Origin: an uncultured Pelagibacteraceae bacterium
GTDB lineage: Bacteria > Pseudomonadota > Alphaproteobacteria > Pelagibacterales > Pelagibacteraceae
Length of the DNA: 64,000 bases
Assembly (NCBI GenBank): GCA_902560815.1
Contig: CACENP010000003.1
Location: forward strand, 22,246-86,245
Direction of reading: 5' to 3'
Shown here: piece by piece, positions 31,288 to 37,736 of the stretch
Position numbering within the stretch: position 1 is the stretch's first letter
Layout: each line of letters opens with the position of its first letter
Position numbers and translations under genes: made by a program
The notes under the pieces: generated by a model
What the model saw: the letters and a program-made list of their open reading frames with translations, nothing else
Databases searched by the model: none
What the model was told of the DNA's origin: nothing

Positions 31288-31431
31288 TTACTTTCCAAAT
31301 CCACCAGCAACTAAGTTCCAAACGGCAGTAAGAGCAAAGAAGCTAAACCACCAACCAGTAGCTGGCAAAATAAAACCTAGCATAATAACCTGCTCTATAA
31401 CACCAGCTATTATATATTGTTTCAAAGTCAT
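31288..31431 (-). CDS. unannotated 47-aa hydrophobic small membrane protein
   Basis: ATG..TAA frame MTLKQYIIAGVIEQVIMLGFILPATGWWFSFFALTAVWNLVAGGFGK; SD AAAGGA just upstream of the ATG; 5' hairpin and downstream terminator; below the ORF-track cutoff. Confidence 0.7.
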   Translation of the reverse strand: MTLKQYIIAGVIEQVIMLGFILPATGWWFSFFALTAVWNLVAGGFGK

Positions 31432-31445
31432 CTTTTATCCTTTCT

Positions 31446-31464
31446 GTAAGGCTTTCTGCCTTAC
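31446..31464 (-). promoter_or_regulatory. 5' leader hairpin of the 47-aa ORF
   Basis: GTAAGGC-agaaa-GCCTTAC immediately before the SD; TATATT -10-like hexamer just upstream (31471-31476). Confidence 0.5.
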
Positions 31465-31535
31465 AAAATTAATATAAGATCAACTTGTTTAGATTTCCTG
31501 TGTAATCGAATAGGTATTTTTGGACAAAAGTTTTT

Positions 31536-33101
31536 CTAATTACCTGCCATCCAAGAAATTAATGAACTTGAATTACTTGGATTACTTAAAGCATTTAACC
31601 AAATAATAAATAAAATACTTAAAATGTAAGAAGATAAACCATATTTTCTACTTAACAATTCAAGTTTATTACTTAAATTAAGATTTGTTTTTTGTAATCG
31701 AAAAGAAATTACACTTAAAAAATTTGGAATAGTGGCATACACGTAAGAAACTAATATAATCCAATCAAGTACTGTTAAATACTCTAATTTAGGCAATTCA
31801 GAATCGATCACAAAATTGTATGCGATTAATGATAACAGACAAACTATTGTTATAGTTAATCTGGCCTCTAATTCCTTCGGATCTACCCAAACTACTGACC
31901 AACAAACCATAAGAATCAAAAGCATAGGCAGAATAACTTTGAATATATAATAGCCATGTTTTCTCTCTACTTCTAACTCAATTAACATACCGCTCCAAAA
32001 AACATCTTCATTTGTTATTCTCTTTTCATCAATATTTTCAACTTTAGCAGATATTTTTTTCCATCCGGGTATATCATCTTTAGATAAATATTCGTCTAAA
32101 GCACGAAAAGTAAATGGACTTATTTCAAAAACTCTTGTGTCCAATGAATACTCAGCGTCGACTATTCTTATTTTTAAAGCTTGTCTATCAAAAGGAAAGG
32201 ACCTTAAATTAAAATCATTTAATATTTTAAAATTATTTTTAAAATTTCTTTGTATATTTAACTGATCTTCTTCACGGCCTTCTAATTTAGAATATAAAAA
32301 AATTTTATTTATATTTTTTTCAAAATCTACATCATTTTCAACTACATCTGGAAAATCAACTCCAGCTGGATCAGGTAATATTGAGTCTTCAAAATATTTT
32401 GCGCTAGGTGAACATATATGAAAATTATAACCCCCACTGCTTTTTTTATACCATAAAGATTCATTTGCTATATCTACAATTGGGTGTACTTCGTCGTCCT
32501 GGTAAAATTTAAAATCATAACGATATTCATATGAATTTTCTATTGATGCCGTAAAAATAGATTTTTTTAAATCTATGTCTATAATCTTTAAATCTCTTAA
32601 AGAGTGATATAGAGGTCCATAACTGTCCTCGGATCTTTGCAAATTAATAATCTTTTTCTCACCCTCTGCATTGATTATATCTAGATTTAATTCTTTAACT
32701 TCATCTTCATTTTCAATATACGCCCACCAATTATCCTCAACAATTTTTGATGCATCAATGCCATTTATTTTTAAAATTACATCTCCAGACTTAAGAACTT
32801 TTGCAGTTTCATTATTAAAAGTAAAACCAACCTTAATTTTCGTACCATCGGTATAAAAAGACCATTTATTTAACTCTTCATCATATTTATACGCGGGAGA
32901 AAAACCAAAACCATTTTCTTCATAGTAAGTATAAAAATTTTTAACCATAGGAATATCGCTTTTTTCAACATCCTGATAAAATTTATTACAAGCATACCTT
33001 TCGTCTCTAATTAAATTTTTATCCTCTTCTGCAAATAACAAATTTTGTAAAAATGTTATAAAAATTAAGTTAAGCAGTAATAATTTAAACTTTTTTTTCA
33101 T
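31536..33101 (-). CDS. pentameric ligand-gated ion channel subunit with N-terminal PDZ-like domain
   Basis: signal peptide; GFGF...LKSGDVILKING PDZ-like segment; Pro-loop FNLRSFPFDRQ; IPGW; four TMs (YYIFKVILPMLL..SVVW; LEARLTITIVCLLSLIAYNF; LPKLEYLTVLD). Confidence 0.88.
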   Translation of the reverse strand: MKKKFKLLLLNLIFITFLQNLLFAEEDKNLIRDERYACNKFYQDVEKSDIPMVKNFYTYYEENGFGFSPAYKYDEELNKWSFYTDGTKIKVGFTFNNETAKVLKSGDVILKINGIDASKIVEDNWWAYIENEDEVKELNLDIINAEGEKKIINLQRSEDSYGPLYHSLRDLKIIDIDLKKSIFTASIENSYEYRYDFKFYQDDEVHPIVDIANESLWYKKSSGGYNFHICSPSAKYFEDSILPDPAGVDFPDVVENDVDFEKNINKIFLYSKLEGREEDQLNIQRNFKNNFKILNDFNLRSFPFDRQALKIRIVDAEYSLDTRVFEISPFTFRALDEYLSKDDIPGWKKISAKVENIDEKRITNEDVFWSGMLIELEVERKHGYYIFKVILPMLLILMVCWSVVWVDPKELEARLTITIVCLLSLIAYNFVIDSELPKLEYLTVLDWIILVSYVYATIPNFLSVISFRLQKTNLNLSNKLELLSRKYGLSSYILSILFIIWLNALSNPSNSSSLISWMAGN

Positions 33102-33113
33102 ATTCTCTTCTTT

Positions 33114-34319
33114 TTAATTAAAAGCAGGTCCTTTAAGAAAACCGCCAATACCTTCTAAATTATAAAAATAAATTAACATTATTAATAAAATTGTAAAATA
33201 ACTTACAGGACCTACAAACTGAGCATATCTATCAACTACACTAAGATCTCTACCTGATTTAAGTTTTCTAAGGAATGAATAAACACAGAGAATAGTTGCT
33301 GTCCCTGTATAAAAATACGACAAGAGTATAAAGCAATCTAAAAAAGTTAAGTAAGATAATTTTGGAAGATCTTCATCAATTATAAAGTTATAAGCAATTA
33401 AAGATAATAAACATACTATTGTTACATTGACTTTGGCCTCTAATTGAGAACCTCTAACCCAAAAAACTGACCAAGAAATCACAAGTATAAATAAAATTGG
33501 TAATATTATTTTAAATAAGTAGTAAGACGTTTGTCTTTTGATTGTTAAATCTAGATAAAATCCCTGATATGGTAACTTATCATTGTCAACATAATCATAG
33601 TTATAATAATCTACTTTTTCTAAATCCCAACCTGGAATCTGGATATCACCATCTGTAAAAAAAAATTTGGTTTCTTTATAAACTGGCATTGAAATAGGTT
33701 CTGGAGCTATTTCAACAAGTGTGGATGGAAATTCAGACCATAATTCAAAACTCAATACCTGAGTATCAAATGGAAAGCGTCTAAAATCAAAATTAGCAGA
33801 AAACTTTGCGCTATCTCTTAATCTTGTTCCAACCATTCCATCACTATAAATGTCAACCCAATCAGCATCTCCTCCAAGATTAACGTTTGTTTTTGATTTT
33901 TTATTGTAAAATTCTATTGTTGGATAAAACAATCTATTTGCTTTGCCCCATAATTCTATAGGATTATAAGTACATAAGTAAGTTCTTTTTCCTGTATCAT
34001 CAAACAGGTTAAATTTTTTCAAAGTCTCCGTTAATCTTTTTTCTTTCCAATCATGCCACATAGAATAAAAAGCTTCAAACTCCATTTCTTTACCATTAAT
34101 TTCAAATATTTTTTCTACAAGTAAATCAACATAAACTGTTACAGGCTCTTCAGAAATATAGTCTGGATTAGGATAATTCATAGATTCTAAAATATTATCG
34201 CATTCTTCACGACTTATATTAAAATCTGGATATTTATATATATTCATTGAATGACTTAAACTGAAAATATTTGTAAAACAAAATACAAAAAAAATATAAG
34301 TTAAAAATTTATTTTTCAT
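33114..34319 (-). CDS. pentameric ligand-gated ion channel subunit (GLIC/ELIC-like)
   Basis: signal peptide; PVTVYVDLLVEKI, FYPTIEFYN (loop A), FDFRRFPFDTQ Pro-loop, IPGWDL, KRQTSYYLFKIILP (M1), LEAKVNVTIVCLLSLIAYNF (M2), LPKLSYLTFLD. Confidence 0.92.
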   Translation of the reverse strand: MKNKFLTYIFFVFCFTNIFSLSHSMNIYKYPDFNISREECDNILESMNYPNPDYISEEPVTVYVDLLVEKIFEINGKEMEFEAFYSMWHDWKEKRLTETLKKFNLFDDTGKRTYLCTYNPIELWGKANRLFYPTIEFYNKKSKTNVNLGGDADWVDIYSDGMVGTRLRDSAKFSANFDFRRFPFDTQVLSFELWSEFPSTLVEIAPEPISMPVYKETKFFFTDGDIQIPGWDLEKVDYYNYDYVDNDKLPYQGFYLDLTIKRQTSYYLFKIILPILFILVISWSVFWVRGSQLEAKVNVTIVCLLSLIAYNFIIDEDLPKLSYLTFLDCFILLSYFYTGTATILCVYSFLRKLKSGRDLSVVDRYAQFVGPVSYFTILLIMLIYFYNLEGIGGFLKGPAFN

Positions 34320-35659
34320 ATATTAATAATTTTATTTGCAACTAGAACTCCACTATTATGTGCACCTGCAACTGTACCCCACTCTTTGGCTGTTGCTTCA
34401 CCCGCAAAATATATTCTATCTCCAACTGAGCTTCTTAAGATTTCTCTATATTTAAATGCACCTGGTTCAGCAGATGCCCATGCTCCCATAAATAATGGGT
34501 TTGATGACCAATCAACTGCATGAGATTTAATCAAATCTTTATCGATCTTATTACCAAAAATTTTCTTTAATTCACTTACACCAAAATCAACAGAGGCTTC
34601 TTCACCTGATTTTAATAATTCTTTTCCAAAGTCTCCTCCAGGATCGCACATACATAATTTAGAGTCAGATGGATTTATTGTGATACCAAAACCTTCTGGT
34701 GATTTAGCATTTTGACTATTAATTTTATAATATAAATATGAATCTTTAGCCTTTTTCTTAAATAATTTTTTAAATTTAAAAGTAAGTCGATTGTAATGAC
34801 CCATGGATATTTTAGAAAATGACTCTTGTTTCTCAGTAGATAAATCAGGTGAAAATTTAATTTGTCCAGAATTTAAAACTCCGGTAGAAACAGTTATAAT
34901 ACACTTATTTGATTTGATCTCTCCTTTGTTAGTTATAACTTTTACACCAGCTCCACTCCAATCTATTTTGTTAACTTTGGTATTGAATTGAACAGGAATA
35001 TTTTTAAACATATCAGTTATTAATGAACCATAACCTTCTTTACAATGCCATGGTGCAGACTCAGGAATTTCATAATCATAATTAAAATCTTTACATGAGT
35101 AATTTGTAAAATCTTTACCCATCTCCCACGCTCCTATAATCATGTGAAAAGTATCAAACCAATGATGATCTTGATAAGGAGCCACTTCTGATGGCGAAAC
35201 ATCTTTTCTAGTTTTTGCAATTCCAGCTTCTATGCCATCAAAAACTTTCCATATTTCACCATCATTCGAAATTCTTTTTTGTCCACTATAAAGAGCATAC
35301 ATTTCTTCTGATCTTTCTTTGTACAAATTAAAATTTGAATTTTTTTCACCGAATAACTTAAAAGGATTTGTATCTCCATTATCTAACCATAATGCACCAA
35401 GATCATAAGGTTCACCAAAGATTTCATTATCGGTATAGGCTCTTCCCCCAATTCTGTTGGATGCCTCTAAGCAAATAACTTTTTTTCCATTTTTAATTAA
35501 TTCAGATGTGGCAGCTAAACCAGCTGCTCCTGCACCTATAACAACAACATCATAATTTTGATCGGTGCTTGCTTTAATTAAGTTTGGAAATGATACTAAA
35601 GTTAATCCAGTTATTGAAAATTTTAAAAAACTTCTTCTTTTATTAAACTTTCTTTTCAT
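34316..35659 (-). CDS. Tat-exported flavin monoamine oxidase family protein
   Basis: twin-arginine signal KRRSFLK; VVIGAGAAGLAA FAD motif; LEASNRIGGR; DLGA; C-terminal FAGEAT..GTVAGAHNSG. Confidence 0.9.
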   Translation of the reverse strand: MKRKFNKRRSFLKFSITGLTLVSFPNLIKASTDQNYDVVVIGAGAAGLAATSELIKNGKKVICLEASNRIGGRAYTDNEIFGEPYDLGALWLDNGDTNPFKLFGEKNSNFNLYKERSEEMYALYSGQKRISNDGEIWKVFDGIEAGIAKTRKDVSPSEVAPYQDHHWFDTFHMIIGAWEMGKDFTNYSCKDFNYDYEIPESAPWHCKEGYGSLITDMFKNIPVQFNTKVNKIDWSGAGVKVITNKGEIKSNKCIITVSTGVLNSGQIKFSPDLSTEKQESFSKISMGHYNRLTFKFKKLFKKKAKDSYLYYKINSQNAKSPEGFGITINPSDSKLCMCDPGGDFGKELLKSGEEASVDFGVSELKKIFGNKIDKDLIKSHAVDWSSNPLFMGAWASAEPGAFKYREILRSSVGDRIYFAGEATAKEWGTVAGAHNSGVLVANKIINI

Positions 35660-36326
35660 ATTCTCTTTTTTTTTTTCTTTGGGTTTTTTTAAGTCTAGAA
35701 AACATTCTTAAAGCAACTATCCATGAAATTAAAATTAATAATAATGAAATATAATAGTTTGAACTTAAAAATAAATTATAACATCCGTGTAGAACAAAAG
35801 GCACAATGAATGCAAATAACAAATTATCTTTCTTTTTTATAAAAGAATATTTCATAAAAAAATACCCCATAAACACTCCAAAAACTGCATGTGCGGGAAT
35901 TGCCGAAAAAGATCTCCCAATTGCCATAGCCATTGATGTTGTTTCATAATAATCTGCGAGCAAATACACGTAATAAATATTCTCTAAAGTTGCAAAACCT
36001 AAAGAAACAGTAATTCCATAAACAATACCATCGATTGGTTCGTTAAAATCCTTCATCTTATAAACAAAGAAATATAAGACAGCTAATTTTAAACTTTCTT
36101 CAACTGGTGCAGCTGTTAGAAATGACGAAATAAGACCTTCACTTGCATTGGTGGAATACCATATTTCGCTTAAATAGGTATTTAGGAAGTAGGCTGGTAT
36201 TGTTATTAAAATCCCATATAAAAATACTTTTATTATTTCTTTCGTTGGTTCTTTAAATTTGTCTGAAAAAACAAATATAAAAACAATTAATAAAGATGGA
36301 AAAATTGTTACAAATAATAAATTCAT
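35643..36326 (-). CDS. PrsW-family intramembrane protease
   Basis: DKFKEP, APVEESLK (EExxK), DGIVYG..LGFATLEN (FxxxEN), PAHAVFG, LHGCYN (HxxxN); multiple TMs. Confidence 0.9.
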   Translation of the reverse strand: MNLLFVTIFPSLLIVFIFVFSDKFKEPTKEIIKVFLYGILITIPAYFLNTYLSEIWYSTNASEGLISSFLTAAPVEESLKLAVLYFFVYKMKDFNEPIDGIVYGITVSLGFATLENIYYVYLLADYYETTSMAMAIGRSFSAIPAHAVFGVFMGYFFMKYSFIKKKDNLLFAFIVPFVLHGCYNLFLSSNYYISLLLILISWIVALRMFSRLKKTQRKKKREYEKKV

Positions 36327-36787
36327 TAACTTCTTTCGATTGTTGTTTTAATTTTTAGAATTTTATTTTCTAAAGCTTCAAATGATTCAAATATTTCTTT
36401 TTTTTCAACAGCTGAAATTGCTTTACCTTTATGTCCTTCGTCACTTTTTGCAGAATTAATAACATCCATTAATTGTCCGTGAAGAATTGTAAATTTGATC
36501 AGTAATTCACTTAAATTTTCTTGATCAGTCTCAATTTTTTTTAGTTCCTTTAAAATTATATATTCATGAGCTCTCAATAAATAAGGTGTTAAACCTCTCT
36601 CTACACATGCTCTATCAATTTTAACTGCGTCTCTGTGGTCTAATTGTTGATCTAAATCTGGATCACTACATTTTCTAATAAAAGATTCGCTTTTTCCAGT
36701 GACCTCTTCAATAACATTTGATTTCAAGTCTTTTATTGCTTCTGATAAACCACGTTCAATTGAAGATATTTCTCTAATCTTAGCCAT
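36326..36787 (-). CDS. putative HTH regulator resembling phage regulatory protein CII (CP76/YmfL) family
   Basis: IEEVTGKSESFIRKCSDPD helix-turn-helix-like segment followed by a helical C-terminus (HGQL..I..ISAVEKKEI); resemblance from memory, not searched. Confidence 0.55.
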   Translation of the reverse strand: MAKIREISSIERGLSEAIKDLKSNVIEEVTGKSESFIRKCSDPDLDQQLDHRDAVKIDRACVERGLTPYLLRAHEYIILKELKKIETDQENLSELLIKFTILHGQLMDVINSAKSDEGHKGKAISAVEKKEIFESFEALENKILKIKTTIERS

Positions 36788-36816
36788 AATATAAAATAAA
36801 ATTCTAACCTAAATAT

Positions 36817-36855
36817 TGGACAAATAAAATCTAATTAAATCTGGATTTGTCCAGA
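36817..36855. promoter_or_regulatory. inverted repeats in the divergent intergenic region, candidate operator
   Basis: TGGACAAAT (36817-36825) N19 ATTTGTCCA (36845-36853), overlapping palindrome TCTGGA-N4-TCCAGA (36840-36855). Confidence 0.45.
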
Positions 36856-36925
36856 ATTTGCAGAGTTTTTTCACATACTTTTATTTCAAATCGTAATTAT
36901 CTCTTTTTTATAACGAAAGGAAAAA

Positions 36926-37219
36926 ATGAAAAAAATGAAAACATTAATAGCATCATTTGTAATATCAATTGTTGCAATCTCATCAGCATCAGCTGCTTGC
37001 TTAAGCTGGAGCTGCAGTTCCTCGAATTGGGATAACAGTTCGTTGAACTATAAAAACAGTCCCTTAAATTGGGATAATAGTAACTTGAACTGGAACAATA
37101 GTAATTTAAATTTGAATAGAAATAATGGAATTTATGATACTAACGGAAATAGTTTAGGTTATACAAGCAATGGTAATATATTCAGCGATAGCGGTTTAAG
37201 ACTTGGATATTTTGACTAA
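36926..37219 (+). CDS. secreted Asn/Ser-rich heptad-repeat protein
   Basis: signal peptide ending ASA; repeats [W/Y]xNSxLN; two C-terminal (I)(Y/F)xxxGxxLGY hairpin-like units; SD GAAAGGA. Confidence 0.8.
   Translation: MKKMKTLIASFVISIVAISSASAACLSWSCSSSNWDNSSLNYKNSPLNWDNSNLNWNNSNLNLNRNNGIYDTNGNSLGYTSNGNIFSDSGLRLGYFD
37025..37108 (+). repeat. four imperfect 21-bp tandem repeats encoding the 7-aa repeats
   Basis: aattgggataacagttcgttg / aactataaaaacagtccctta / aattgggataatagtaacttg / aactggaacaatagtaattta. Confidence 0.75.
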
Positions 37220-37227
37220 TAAATAAA

Positions 37228-37260
37228 TTAAGCCCTCGATAAATATTGAGGGCTTAAAAA
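37228..37260. terminator. terminator hairpin between convergent genes
   Basis: TTAAGCCCTC...GAGGGCTTAA stem flanked by A/T-rich tracts. Confidence 0.7.
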
Positions 37261-37283
37261 ATTAGGATAATTTATTTTAATAT

Positions 37284-37607
37284 TTATACGCCAGCTAACA
37301 TCTGGCCAAAATTTGATAGAACTCCCAACACTATTGCAATTTTTGCAAGCACTGCCCAAAATTTAGGGCCTTTATAATTGTTTGAAGATCTCCAAATCCC
37401 AACAACTGTATAAATTTGAAATGGTATTAAAAAGCCATAAAGGGCATCATCGCTCATTCCCATAATACCTACAAATAAACCAACGATCATTCCAAAAATA
37501 ATTCCTAAGCCAACACCTACACCCCAGTAAGACATTGGAAGAGAAAGCTGTCCGTTCCAGAAACGTACAAAAAAGTTTTCTTTTTTTGATTTACTTTTTC
37601 TAGCCAT
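37284..37607 (-). CDS. hypothetical membrane protein (about 3 TMs)
   Basis: FWNGQLSLPMSYWG, VGIWRSS, W..LAK motifs; hydrophobic segments. Confidence 0.75.
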   Translation of the reverse strand: MARKSKSKKENFFVRFWNGQLSLPMSYWGVGVGLGIIFGMIVGLFVGIMGMSDDALYGFLIPFQIYTVVGIWRSSNNYKGPKFWAVLAKIAIVLGVLSNFGQMLAGV

Positions 37608-37655
37608 AATAAGAAATCATACTTTATATTAGTTTTATAATAAAGAGATTATAAT

Positions 37656-37730
37656 TGGTGGGCCGTGTTGGTTACGCTCCAACTACCCCTGCAATGTCAA
37701 TGCAGTACTCTACTATTGAGCTAACGGCCC
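37656..37730 (-). tRNA. tRNA-Val(GAC) with non-canonical D- and T-loops
   Basis: GGGCCGTTAGCTCAATAGTAGAGTACTGCATTGACATTGCAGGGGTAGTTGGAGCGTAACCAACACGGCCCACCA; all four stems pair; anticodon loop TTGACAT; encoded CCA. Confidence 0.88.
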
Positions 37731-37736
37731 AAGATT

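Noticed and set aside
36847-37035. 62-aa + strand ORF overlapping the secreted repeat protein
   Set aside because: It is an alternative frame with no SD; the 36926 ORF has an SD, signal peptide and repeat structure.
37025-37108. 21-bp repeats as a possible CRISPR array
   Set aside because: They are degenerate at synonymous positions, have no spacers, are in frame in a CDS, and there are no cas genes.
31176-37655. Prophage or integrative element suggested by the CII-like gene and tRNA flanks
   Set aside because: No integrase, structural or replication genes, and no att duplication found.
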